Assembly: GCA_001949185.1 (NCBI GenBank)
Contig: BDGG01000009.1
Coordinates: 1,291,624-1,355,623 of the forward strand
Direction of reading: 5' to 3'
Source of the DNA: Ramazzottius varieornatus
Lineage: Eukaryota; Animalia; Tardigrada
Length of the DNA: 64,000 bases
Shown here: positions 1-26,200 of the stretch, one piece after another
How positions within the stretch are numbered: the first letter of the stretch is position 1
How the letters are laid out: each line of letters begins with the position of its first letter
Made by a program: the position numbers and the translations under genes
Notes under the pieces: model-generated
The model's input: only the letters and a program-made list of their open reading frames with translations
Databases searched by the model: none
What the model was told of the DNA's origin: nothing

Positions 1-1012
1 GCCCAGTCTTTCCGACACGACCTGCATGATGGCACAGACCAGACACTGCCGGCGGCCTTGTTCTGCCCCGGGCAAGAGGTAGCAGAGGAAGAGGTGGATG
101 GTCTGCCGGGCAATCTTCTCCTCCAGGTGGCGCTGACGTCGAGTCAGCCCTCGCTGCAGCTCAGTGTGGCGCTCTGGGACAGCATCAAGCTGCTTCTCGT
201 CAGGCGCATACCTGCTCGTATCCCCCACAGCGTGACCCTTCTCCACCTCCTCTCTCAGTTGTACTGCGATTTCCTCAAGATGTCTCGCGCGCTGCAAGCA
301 GAGATGAGGGAAGAGCTGTCGAGCAAACAGCTGCGCCACGTTTGGAACGCCTTGGTGGACACTTACTTGCAAGAGCGAGACTTCCTTCTCGACAAAGGCC
401 GCATGTGTGACTGGCTGGTACAGAAACTGCCAGACAATGAGCTGGCCACTTTTCTAAAGGTACACTGCTTTATGGTGCAAAGAAATACTTTTCGCATATT
501 TTGTATTGGTTGATCATCCTCCTTCCTTCTTTCAGGTCTCCGACGATGACGAAACATGGAGCTACTCGCCAGTCGATATTTTCCCCATTGGCCTGACTTT
601 CGAGCTAACTTGCGCTTCGCAGGAAACACGGGGTCTTTTGGCCATAGTGGCGCAGAAGCTGTCCATCGTCACAGCCGCAGCATCGCTTTACGATCCGGTC
701 AGCCGCTCCCCTTCCTCCTCCCGGCCGCTCCCTGATTTTGATCTGATGCTGAAAAAATACTTGGAGGAGCTGGACACGACATGCAGCTCGACTTCTTCTG
801 CGGCAAGTAGCGGACAAGAGGACGACGATGTGGATGGCGGCGCGAAGAAGCTATCCAGGTTTGAACGACCATCGAACGATACGGCTTCCTCAGCAGATAA
901 GGATAGGGAGTCCCTTAGTTATGCCTTTCAGTCTGTTCGACAGACGCGTAACCACTTGTCAGAGTGGTTTACCGGGCTGTCCACTTTGCTCAACGATCTC
1001 GATTCACTGTGA
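1..1012 (+). CDS. 3' part of an unidentified protein-coding gene (last two exons)
   Basis: Open frame from base 1 to a GT donor at ~460 (..ATFLK|gtacac), acceptor ttcag at ~535, then frame VSDDDETWSY...LNDLDSL to TGA at 1010-1012. No family motif recognised. Confidence 0.65.
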
Positions 1013-1203
1013 TGTTTCATCATAACTTAAAACATCACATTCCGTAATCTTTACTAGTAGCGCTTCGATATTCGCTTGATTCAGTTATTGAATCGGAACT
1101 AGTGATAACAGGTTATTAATGTTCAATCGGTAACTTCGAAAAGGACAATCATTGTCTATAATATAGACATAATAACATCGGCGAGTTATTGTCAAACTGG
1201 TTA

Positions 1204-1546
1204 CGAGGTAAAGGACATAATTCTGGCATACCGATTTTCGCACCATAATTCGGGCAACGCGAAACGTTTAAACATTATCGTCAACGCTTGATTCATCTCT
1301 CATCGTACGCTTGTTGATACAACATTAGGCTTTTTGACATTGGACAGACCCATCCCCATCCCTCCGGGCCGAATTCCCGTGCTCCACATCGCTTTGTCGT
1401 TCTCAAACCTATTGAAACTTCAAGGAGAGAGATCGGTCTATCTCAGGAAACAAGGAGCAGTTCATTACGCCCAGCAAGAGCTGAGAAAAAATATGCCCGA
1501 ATTACGAGTGAAAAACCACTATGCCCGAATTATGTCGTTTACCTCG
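1204..1546. mobile_element. Tc1/mariner-like MITE (~343 bp) with ~55-bp imperfect TIRs
   Basis: Left end ta|cgaggtaaaggacataattctggcata...ataattcgggca matches the reverse complement of the right end tgcccgaatta...tatgcccgaattatgtcgtttacctcg. TA on the left, AA on the right (TSD probably mutated). TA-CGAGG termini are mariner-like. Confidence 0.7.
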
Positions 1547-1942
1547 AACTTCCCAGCATAGGTAAATGCCGTGGAACATCATTACTGGCTTACAACTGCC
1601 GACTTCGATAGTGTTGAGTGCCGGCTATGCTTGCCAGCAGATGACTACTCCGTAAACCTGCAAGCTTAATTATCTTCAGTGGCCCCTGGCAAACACCAAC
1701 AGATGGATAGAACAGCTAACTTAGGCCGCGTACCCACAGTTTCAAAATTTGCCGGTTCATCGCGATCGATCAGTGTTGAGGTCGGCATGACATTGTGCAC
1801 AAATCTTTTGAAGTTTTGGCTTTGCATTGCATATATTACGGAAGCTACGGGCAGGTATCACTAACCGCGATAACGAGACAGAATTATGTGAGTGGTACAG
1901 TACTGTAACGGTTGCTTTATTGGCACACTGGTGCTCGGCAAG

Positions 1943-2320
1943 CACTGATGTGCTGCTGAAGCGCCCGTTGCTGGAAGGAAGAACGCCGTAAAGTATCCTT
2001 GACGTCATACGTCGAGGCGTTACGCGGGGCAGATTTTAGCCATGACGTACAAATTCTGTGACGTATATGACTGTTAATTTAAGCGAAGAGTCAGCTCACT
2101 CAATCAACCGCTGCTATAGCTTGGACATGAAAAGAAGAAAGCGATCCTTTGGTTAATTGACTGCACCACTTAGCTCGAGATTTGAAAACGCATTGTTACT
2201 GGCATTCGATGTCAAGGTTTCCTGTATACGAGTCTGAGCTCCGGTAATTTTATGGTCTACCATTTGCGCGTTTTGGCTTACCGTACTCCGACAGACGCGC
2301 GGTTTAGCAGCACTACAGTG
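1943..2320. mobile_element. MITE family A, copy 1 (378 bp; CACTG..CAGTG TIRs; 8-bp TSD tcggcaag)
   Basis: TIRs cactgatgtgctgctgaagcgc / gcgcggtttagcagcactacagtg; exact direct repeat tcggcaag at 1935-1942 and 2321-2328; near-identical inverted copy at 18506-18891. Confidence 0.93.
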
Positions 2321-3006
2321 TCGGCAAGGCAGCTACAGTGTAACATTGCCCCTACGATTTTTGTTATCGATGGATTTTCCATTTCCGTCAAAAGTTCTTG
2401 TTTGGCATCACAATATTATTGTACTAGGGTCTGTGATGTCATCCACCTGTTGCACGTAATGGTGCGTACGTTTGGCGTGTATACGGACAAAGGGTGGAAC
2501 GTCGTCTTCATTGAAACTGAAATTCATTTAGTACAATATCGGAGAACTTCTTTCTGGAGGAGCTCATCTGTGGCGTCGGCGCAGTACGTTTGGACCATAG
2601 GTTGGGGGCATCTGTCCATCGGCAGCCGGCAATGCCTGCAGGGTGAGTGGATGTGCTGATGCTGTATGTTGAACTCAGCGGAAGAGGAGGTGACGCGGCT
2701 TGTCCGTACGCCGGTAGTGCCTCTTCGGTATACTGAACAGGCCATCAGACTCTGATCATGTTTTGTTACAGAATGTTCTCTTTATCTTTCGTTACAGCAT
2801 TCTCCCGGAATCCAGAATGATGGTTTACAGCCGAAGCCGATAAGAGCCCCATCCTCTGACACTACCTCCTGCTTGTACGAAGGAACGATATTCATCTAGT
2901 CGGCTGACGATTGCCCCAGGACATTGCGCTGCTTCATCTGGTCTGACGAGCTGGATAGTTAGTTGCGGGTGCTGCTGCCACTGATCCGCAGAGGAACAGC
3001 TAAAGA

Positions 3007-9688
<6,682 letters not shown>

Positions 9689-11531
9689 TGCGCTCACGCT
9701 GTGATCTTGAAATCTCATTGTCATTTCGTTCTCCTGACTTGTTGTTCAAAAATTAGTCTCCGATCCCGGTTGACTTTTAAAGAACAGTTATTTTTAACTT
9801 TTTTATCTTAGCTTTACTTTTTATCACAGGTCAGAAGTCTACTCTCTCTCTCGGACACTTTATCAGTATTGATTGGTGTTTGCGTTGCGTCTCCTTGCGT
9901 ACGGGTTTGGTCCTGGCTTTTAAAGCCCCATTCGCATTCAAAAGTCATTCGCACGTATTAGGTGCTATTTTCAAAATCTTGAATCTCCGCGCAATCGGTC
10001 AAGTGTCAAGTTCTTATCCGAGGAAAACGCCGTGTAGTCTTTTGCGACTTCATGGACCCGCTTTGACGGGTGACCGACAGGTGGCGCCACCGTTTTTATG
10101 ACGACCTTAGCCAGCGTCCCTGAGATGGATTATAACGGTAACTATTCGATGCAGCCGGAAGTGTTTTTAAGCAGAGATTCCACGTTACGCAGTTGTACAT
10201 GGAAATCTCGGATGTTATTTAGTTTTTGAATCAGCTTCTGAAAGCGACTTTGTCCTCGTGAATAATATACGTATTGAGCGACTGCAAACTGGTTCTTCAT
10301 ATGCAAAGCAGAGATGACGTCGCCCGGAAATCGTGCGAAGTCTTGCCAGATTAAACACTATAGAGGTACAGGAAATCGAGCACCAGCATGTTCTGTGCAA
10401 GTTAGAACTTGAAGGTACAGTAAATTCATCTGCTGTCGTCGACGAGAACCAGAAAGACGCGTGTGAGCTTTCAAATTCCGCTGGCTCATCACGATCGATG
10501 ACTGCATATATCAACATGTGTAAAAACCTCCTCGGTTCAATGGTTCGCATAGTCAAAATATGAACAGATTGGTTCCCTGTAAAGCATGGCGAGGGCGGAA
10601 GGTGTCAGCAGCTTTGTGGTTCAAAGTACTTTGCGGTTGTTTCAAGATAAGAAATTATTGGTCATTTTCCAGCGACAGCTACTGTAGACTGTTAGCTGAT
10701 CGTGATCATTCCAAAGGGAAGTAATATGAGGGCCTGGCTCGAAGATTAATAATCTTTCTCATGCAGGCCAATGGACGATGGGTGTAAATACTGCAGGAAG
10801 GTCAAAATAATTCGACGTAATGCAGACTACAGCCGTCGGTTCTCAAGGTCTGCAGGATGCGTACGGAGGTTACAATTATAGCGATCAGGCTAGATTCATT
10901 TCGACAAGCGGAGGAGAAATCTTGTCGGCTCAATAGGATTTAGTACTTGGTTCACCATATGATACCTGCAAATTACCGGCGGGATTTTGTCGAATGACAC
11001 TGTCCGTTTAAATTAATGCCGGTGAATGTTAATTACCGTTATGTGGGAAAACTGCTTGTCACGATGATGTCATGGCCGTAAATGTTTACGGGCGTAAGGC
11101 TTACATACGGACAAGCTGACACTCGAATCAGTTTTGTTATCTCGTGCAGTCGTGCTGCGCTTCCTCCCTGGTCCTGGATTGGATAACTTGATCTTCTACG
11201 ACGTTCCCGTTATCTTGTTGAAGGGCTTTTCCTCTGTCGTAAGATTCTGATGTACATGCATGCAGTTTGGTGTTCCAATTCATGGTTGAGAACCGAGGCG
11301 CAAAGACTTATGCTTGAAATCTGTTGATCACTCTCTAAAGGGTTGATCCTGGAAACTCGTCTTCTCGACCCAGGAGATCAAGTTCGGTGTTCGTTTGCTG
11401 GACAAGAGGACAAGTTTTCTACCAGCCGCTAGCCTGACGTCCGCTTTAAGCGGCGTTATATTGCCCCCTCTTATCCCGGCATGTTGGAAATTCAGTTTAT
11501 CATGGATGATCGTCCTAATTAAAAAGCGAAC

Positions 11532-17857
<6,326 letters not shown>

Positions 17858-18505
17858 TTTGGAGCACAGCACCTCCACTTGAAATAATTATGTTCCCTAA
17901 TCTCTTGTTGATTTCCTATTTGACAATTCAATTCGAAATTTGATTTACCGACGAAGAAATGACTCTAGTTCTTTTATTTCTGCTTTCAAATCTTACGTCA
18001 GATCAACTTAGATGGTTTGTTTTTAACCGTCGACCCGTCCTTTCAGTTTCAGGCACAAGTACGAATCCTTTTAATAGAGCCTCACTCTGCACAAAAATAA
18101 TTGCCGTTTCACATGGTACTGAAAGCTGGCGATCTTCGAGGAGCTTTATGGTACTTTTCATGGACGGCCCGCGAATTTCGGTAGATTCAGATTCCGTAAC
18201 CTTCTGTCACCTCCAGTTAGATCTGGTCTGAAGATCCCGGTGTTGTTTCGTCTTTTGGGGATCACAGGATGACTCTCTCGCGCTGACGTCAAGCGCCGAA
18301 AACACTGTTGGACGGAGACAGGCCGGGGATGACCGGTAGAGGTGTCTGCATCGGCCTGCCAGAATTCCTCTTGCGCAGTACAGTTTGTCAAGCCTTCTAC
18401 GGCTTCTTCTAGGTACATCCCGTGCCGATAATTATGGTCGGTGAAGAGCATACCCAGAGTTTTCTCTCACGTCATACAGGCTCAACTCGTCAGGTAGCCC
18501 AGGTC

Positions 18506-18891
18506 CACTGTAGTGCTGCTGAAACGCGCGTCTGTCGGAGCATGGTAAGCCAAAACGCGTAAACTGAAAATGGTAGACCATAAAATTACCGGAGCTGAGA
18601 CTCGTATACAGGAAACCTTGACATCGAATGCCGGTAACAATGCTTTTTCAAATCTCGAGCTAAGTGGTGCAGTCAATCAACCAAAGGATCGCTTTCTTCT
18701 TTTCATGTCCAAGCTATAGCAGCCATTTGATTGACTGATCTGACTCTTCGCTCAAATTAACAGTCATTTACGTCACAGAATTTGAACGTCATGGCTGAAA
18801 TCTGCCCCGCATAACGCCTCGACGTATGACGTCAAGGATACTTTACGGCGTTCTTCCTTCCAGCAACGCGCGCTTCAGCAGCACATCAGTG
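18506..18891. mobile_element. MITE family A, copy 2 (386 bp; 8-bp TSD cccaggtc), inverted relative to copy 1
   Basis: TIRs cactgtagtgctgctgaaacgcgcg / gcgcgcttcagcagcacatcagtg; cccaggtc at 18498-18505 and 18892-18899. Confidence 0.93.
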
Positions 18892-19246
18892 CCCAGGTCG
18901 CTGCCTGCATGGAAGGAAGATCAATCGATTTTTCTCGATGGACTCTCGCTCAGAATCTCTGTCGGATTGACTCTTTTGCCTCCTCGGTAACTCGACGCCA
19001 CAAGTCTATACCGATGTTACGTATTTGGTGGAGTTTATGGCCGGTAAAGTTATTTTTACGATGTACCCAATTTTCTTACACGCTCATGTTAGGCTGCCAT
19101 CTTACAGGTGATAGAGGTGAAGCCCGGGACATCTAAACTCATTTTGGGGATCAGCTCGCCTGGACACCTTCTTCCGAGGCTGAAACTTTGACGCTGCCAG
19201 CGAAAGCGCGGGTTGTAGTGAGTGGCATACTGGACTGTGGCGAATA

Positions 19247-22200
19247 ATGCAGGCAGCCAAGAGTGAAGAAGCCGTTCGCGTTTTGGTTAGATGCCGTCCC
19301 TTGTCGGACAAAGAAGTGGCTGCAGGCTATAAGCCGTAAGTACGACCAAGCTTCCCACAAAAGTAGTGCTACCATCATCTTTCTCTAGGGTCGTTATAGT
19401 GGACAACAAGGCTAGGAAGATAACGGTCAAGACGGATAAAGCAGAGAAGGGGGAGAAAGTTTACACTTTCGATGGAGTTTATGGCAGTGAGTAAGTGACA
19501 AGAGACGGAGAAGATCAGTGGCCACCGAGTGCAGTACACCTTGTTTATTGGCGTTGTTTCACTGGGACTGCAGGTCGACGCAGGAAGATGTCTTTAACGG
19601 TTCCATACGGTCACTGGTCGACGCTGCCCTTCAAGGGTTCAATAGCACCATCTTTGCTTATGGACAAACCGGCACGGGCAAGACTTTCACCATGCAAGGT
19701 ATGTATGTATCTGCGCGAGGTTGGTGGTAAAAGTTCACAAGATATTTTGATCGAGCCAAGGACGCTTCTTGTAATGCGCCAACTAAGTTAGTATCATGGC
19801 GGGGTGATGTCTTTGCAGGAAGTTCGAAAGATCCGGGGATAATTCCGCGCTCAATGCAGCAAATCTTCAGCCACATTGACTCGTCCATAAATGAACGCTA
19901 TCTGGTCAACGCATCCTACATGGAAATCTACCAGGTGTTTACTTCTTTCCTGGCCGCTGCTAATCATAGTACAGGATGTTTCCACCGTTATGTCCTCCTG
20001 ATACTACCAGAAATAAAGCTGAATCCCTTCTTTCAGGAAGAACTTCACGACCTATTGCGGAAGCAGGGCAAAGAGGAGAATGCAAAAAAGATTGAGATTA
20101 AGGTGGACCAAAATGGCTCCATCTACGTCAAAGTAAGTGCCAATGTCAAGTACTGGCATCTGTCGGGACATTGTGGTGCCAGTCCTCGAACGATCGAACC
20201 TTTCGCTGCATGGGCATTGGGCTTTATGTTTGTTCGTCTATCTTTAGCACCTATCGCAGTATCAACTGAAAAGTGTTCGGCATATGGAGAAGATGATGGA
20301 GCGTGGCCAACAGAATCGATCAGTGGGGTGAATATAAACGGGAAATGTTGGCCTGTTTGACTTCTTTGGCATGATTAAAAATCGATCTGTGTGCAGGTCA
20401 ACCGACATGAATGAATACAGCTCCAGATCGCATGCAATCTTCACCGTTAATATCGAATGCAGCCACTTGGGTCTCGATGGCAAGGAGCACATCAGAGTGG
20501 GCAAGTTGAATCTGGTCGATCTGGCCGGGTCGGAAAAGCAAGCCAAGACCAACTCTTCGGTTAGCACCTTTTTCCCTTGGATTTCAGTGTCCTTTTCGCC
20601 TGTTGACCGCCTGTGTCTTTGCAGGGGGAGCGTTTCAAGGAAGCCACTCAGATTAATCTCTCCCTTTCGACACTTGGCAAAGTTATTAATGCCCTGGTGG
20701 AAAAGTCCTCTCATGTTCCGTACCGCGATTCAAAGTTGACAAGATTGCTGCAAGGTACAGCTGCGGAATGTGTGTCTTAGTGCCTGCTTCTGCTGTGACA
20801 TGGTGTTTCTTACTTATACTTCATAGATTCACTGGGCGGAAATTCCAAAACAATCATGGTGGCCAATATCGGTCCGGCCAGTTATAATGTCGAAGAAACT
20901 CTGTCAACACTAAGGTACGCTCGTCCATGCTTGTCCTGTGCCTTTCTCAAGACTTTGAGCGGCCATGTCCATATTACGCCGCCTCATCAACTTGCAGATA
21001 TGCAAATCGAGCAAAGAACATCAAGAACACACCGCACATCAACGAAGACCCAAAAGACGCCAAACTGCGAGAGTACCTGGACGAGTTGTCCGCGTAAGTG
21101 TACCCACTGACGGACTACAACCATCGATTTCCCGCTGAAGAGAGTCAAAAATTGTAGGCTGCGGGCCAAACTGGCTTCGCGCTCTTCAAATGGTTCAACA
21201 AGCGCCATCAGGAATGGGCAGTTGAATTTGGCTGACGTGGACGACGAAGAAGCCACCGAAGATGAGAGCTACATTTCGGCCCAGCAAGCGTTGAACAAGG
21301 AAAGGAATGCCATGTTGGCCGACACTGGTCTCAACGAGCAGGTATGACACAGTGCCAGGTCGAGATTCTTTCTGTCAATGGAAATTCATGTGTCATTTTT
21401 GACAGGAGAAACGGCAACTAGCCGAGGATTTTGCCCGTAAGGAAGAAGCCCTGAAAGGACGCGAGGTGGAACGGCAAGAGTTAAGGGCAAAGGTGGAGTC
21501 CATCGAAGAACGCATGCTTCGCGGACACTTGGTCAGTGTCCGCGAAAGACTTTCTGCGCAAGAAGAAGATTTGCGACGGAAACAGCAGGAGTTGGACGAA
21601 CAAGAAGTACGCTTCAGCCTTCAGGCAAACTGCCTCAATAGGAAAGGTGGGTTTAAGTAGAGGAGAAAGTCATCAGTGCGCTGTTTGTATAGAGAAGGGA
21701 GAGTGACGTCATCGCGGCACTGGACCGCGAGCACAGGGATGTGGCGCAGAAGAACAGTACCGTCTCCGTCCTCAAAGCAAACATTGACGTAACGAAAGCA
21801 AAGACTGCCAAGGTAAGAGCATTGGTGGTTTCAGTATGCATGACTTGTGCTCAGCCTTCTCCTTTCTTGCTCAGTTACAAGCCGAGCAGGAGGAACTGCG
21901 CAAAGCCATAAAAGAGGAAGAGGCCTTGGCCCGCAGTATCGGTCATACTCAAGTCGAGGAAGTGCAGCAGCTGCAGCAGCGAGAAGCTTTACTGTAAGAA
22001 CGGACGGATGACAGAGCGACGCAGCAAACCTTTTCCCTTCGATAGTGCGGAGCAGTGTCCCAGCTATCGTCTACTTTTGCATCGCTCTTACCTTTTCAGG
22101 TGGACCATGATCAACTACTTTGTCCCTGCCAACTCGTGGGAACCTCTGCTGGAAGGTGCCGCTTACAGCGCAAGGAGGCGAGACTGGAGTCTACCGACGT

Positions 22201-22892
22201 ACGTCTCAGAACTAGTTTGGTCCAGCCATCTTCCCCCCAACCATATAATAACGCTCTTTTCCCCCTAGTAAGTCGCAGTCAGTGACAAGACCTCCTCTCT
22301 TTCTCAATTACTCCGACGAACGCAAAAAGTACTTGGAGGAGAAGTACAACAGCCTTTTGGTATGGGCGATCCCCACTTGGTTTCTAGCCCTGGCGGCCAG
22401 ATGAATAGTTTCTCTTTGTAGTGGGAAAACATTCTACCTGTGCCGGTAGAGATGGATGATGTGGAAGGTAATAAGGAAACTACAGAGGGTGAAGCTACAT
22501 TCGATGCCGAAGAGGCTGTCTATAACAAAATGCTGGCTGGAGCTCTAGACGCTGCCTGCCATGAGGAAGACATCGTGGTTGATGCAGAGTATGTTACAAA
22601 GGGCTCCAATGTCAAGACCTTATTCGATTGAGTTCTTTGGTGTCTGAATTCAACTTTTTCAGTGTGTATACCATTGAGCGTGAGCCGTCATCTGGATATA
22701 GCGGGTCGTCCCACTCGCAGTCCTTGTCGCGCAGCAGTGCTGCCACCCCTAAACCCTCTCGGTATGTTCCGTAGCTTTCTTGCTCTCCTGTCAGATGAAG
22801 CCTCGGTCGCAATCGGTGGCATTAATTTCAGAAGTCCCACTGACCAGAAGCCACTAGAAAGATATCCTTCGGCTGGAGGCTGGCTCAAATGA
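19247..22892 (+). CDS. Kinesin-2 family motor (KIF3-like)
   Basis: [19 protein letters not shown]; P-loop [13 protein letters not shown]; switch [10 protein letters not shown]; switch [14 protein letters not shown]; [14 protein letters not shown]; [13 protein letters not shown] neck; coiled-coil stalk; tail ends [11 protein letters not shown], similar to the KIF3 'YPxARG' tail. Confidence 0.88.
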
Positions 22893-23262
22893 GGTAAGCT
22901 GCTGGTGGGCTATCGGGGTGATGGGGACAGCAGACTTTGGACCACGACCATGTTGATATCGAGGCCGACCATGTTGATCTATGTTGATGATAATATCTCG
23001 ACAAGAAGTCTTTCGGCTGAATGGGCAAGTTAGCTGTCGGATCGTGCAGTACTTTGATAACCATACCGCGTGATAGACGCAGCGAGAACGTTGCTTCTTC
23101 CCCGCTTTGCGTTCGTTACTCTCCGCTTGGCGTCTGATCTCCTCGTCTTTCTGTCACAAGCTTCTGACCACATTGCTTCGATCGAAGTTCGGCGCGAAGA
23201 TTCCAGGTGTTTATTGTGAAATTAAATCTGGGCCCAAGATCCCTTTCTCTTTGTTTGGTAAA

Positions 23263-26200
23263 ATGAACAAATGTTTGCTCATCGCTTTGTGGATTTTCTT
23301 GCTGCAATATTTCCACGTGGGAAATTGTGTGGTGGCTGCTCAATGGCGCAAAGTCAAACGTCGGGGTGATCCACCCGCGATGTGCGGGTATGATGTATGT
23401 TAGTCGGTCCTTTCTCCCCTGACTGTTTGGTTGTACAGTCCTACCTGCGAGATGTGACAATTGCTTTTTCTGCGACTGAACATCAGTTTTGAACGGGATT
23501 GCTCGCAAAACGTCTACGGCGAACAGTGTGGCGAGTCTCGTGGACATATGAACCGTCCAGAACTGAAATCGGGCGATTCAACTGTCACATCTCGCAGGTA
23601 GGACTGTACTCGAATTCTTGCGCTCGAAAAACATGGAAGAAGTAGGGCTGTTTTTTATTTACTTCTAGTCCTGCCCAAGCGGTAAACCCGGCATGGTCAA
23701 CGTGCACATCATTGCCCACACCCACAACGATGTCGGATGGTCAGTACAAACAAGCCCAATAGTTTTTGCCATCTATCTTGTCCTTTTCTGTCATTTTATT
23801 TCGGAGCATTTTCCATTTTTTAGGCTGAAGACCGTCGATCAGTATTACTATGGATCGAGGGGAAACATTCAGGTAGGTGAACAACCCGCTTGTCGACATT
23901 CATGTGTGGCGTTCTGTACAAAATACTACTTATGCATTGTGTGTTCAGATCGCTGGAGTTCAGTATATCCTGGACTCTGTGGTGGATGCGCTAATGGAGG
24001 ATGAATCTCGGAGGTTCATCTACGTGGAGACGGCCTTCTTCTGGCGGTGGTGGCTGCAACAAGATGACCAGATGCACCATACCGTCCACCGACTGGTCAA
24101 AGAAGGTATACACTGTACTGTGCTGTACTGCGCGCGTTATCGACCGAAGATTGCTACCTTCACGGGAAAAAGCGATGTGGCGCCTTTTTGCAGGTCGCCT
24201 GGAATTTATCAGCGGTGGATGGAGTATGAATGACGAAGCCGTGACCCACTATAGTTCCATTATCGATAATTTCGCCTGGGGACTTCGCAAGCTCAATGAC
24301 ACATTTGGCCTGTGCGGCCGACCAAAGGTTGGCTGCTGTCAGCTGTTCTCCTTTGGACAACGTCCACCTTCTATCTCTGTCTGTTGCAGGTCGGATGGCA
24401 GATCGACCCTTTTGGCCACTGTAAGTGTCACTATACTTTCCCCTCGTTTATCGTCTATGCCGAGGTATGGTTTGTCTAAAGTTGTGTCGCTTTTTGACGT
24501 CAGCCCGCGAGCAAGCCGCCATCTTTGCCATGCTGGGCTTCGACGGAGCCTTCTTGGGGCGAATCGACCAGCAGGTGCGTATTGGCACATGTGCACTTTG
24601 GCCCTGGGCTTCGACAAGGAAACAAGCTTGTGCTGTAGGATAAAGATACACGGGCCGCCGAGAAAACAATGGAGATGGTCTGGGAAGGCAGTGACAGCTT
24701 GGGTCAAGCGGCGGACCTCTTTACCGGCATTCTGCCAAACGTCTACTGGCCTCCTGCCACCTTCTGCTTCGACCTGCTGTGCGGTGAACAACCCATCATG
24801 GTAAGCACATTCCCTTCTTTCCATGAAAATTGACCTGAGCAGTCTGTTGCCTCAATTGCGTCATAGGCCTTTGCTGTGATAGGATGATCCCAGGTTATCA
24901 GACTATAATGTGGACGAGCGCGTCGACACCTTTATCCAAGTAGTCCAAAATCAGACAAAAATGTACGCCACCAACAACCTCGTCATCACAATGGGCAACG
25001 ACTTTAATTATCAGCAAGCCAACGTCTGGTTCAAGAACATGGACAAGCTCTTCAAATACGTCAACGCACGAGTAAGGCTGATTAGATGAAGGGCCAAAGG
25101 CCAACCTGTTCATCATCTATTTCTGTGTTGGTATTTTGACACATGTGCTGTCTTTAATTCCAGCAAGCAAACGGGTCAAACATCAATTTATTTTACTCGA
25201 CACCGTCCTGCTACTTGAAAGCTCTGAACCAAGCCAACGTGTCGTGGCCCGTCAAGAATGACGACTTTTTGCCCTACGCTTCCGGGGCCCACACTTACTG
25301 GACGGGCTTTTTCAGCAGCCGACCGGCCTTCAAGCGAATGGAGCGAGAGGCTTCCTCTTTCCTGGCGCAGTGCAAGCAGATTGATGCGTTGGCTGGACTG
25401 GGTCCCCAGGACCAGCACGAGGTGGCGCAGCTGCGCGAGGCAGTGGGAGTGGCGCAACACCACGATGCCATCACGTAATTCCATCCATCCTTATAACGAG
25501 CAGTCTTTGTACCAACACATGACTAGAGTAGCCTTTTGCAGAGGGACAGAACGGCAGCATGTAGCTGACGATTACGCCAGACAGCTGGCTGAGGGCATCG
25601 GAGAATGTCAAGACGTGGTGGCCGATGGCATCAACAAGCTATCCAAGGTCTCCTCGCCCATCCAGTATCAATTCTGCGACTTGCTGAACATTAGCCAGTG
25701 CCACGTGACGGAAAACCTCGGCCAGGTTTGTCGTCCTCAGGACACCATGCTCGACCTTAGGAAATGCTCCCTTTGTGCCTGATGACCTTAGCCGCTGCTT
25801 TCCCTTGTTAGACAACCATCGTTTTATGGAACTCTCTTTCGCGGACAGTGAACCATTACGTCCGTCTGCCCGTCAAAGATGGCGACTATAGCGTTACAGG
25901 AGCAGGCAACAGCGATGTGCCGGTACAGATAACGCCCTTGCCCAAAGAGCTGCTGACTATCCCTGGGCGCATCAGCGCAGCTACACACGAGCTAACCTTC
26001 CGCGCCAAACTGCCACCTGTCGGATTTGCTACTTACCTCATCAAAAGTACGAAACTTGTCCTGTAACAGTCAAGGCACAGTAATCCACAGAAGGCTGTCT
26101 AACCAGGACTGTAGCTGACACTTTCTGACAAGACTCGAACATTGACTGTTTGTTGCAGAAGTTTCCAAATCGCGACCCAAGAAATACAATCGAGGACGAG

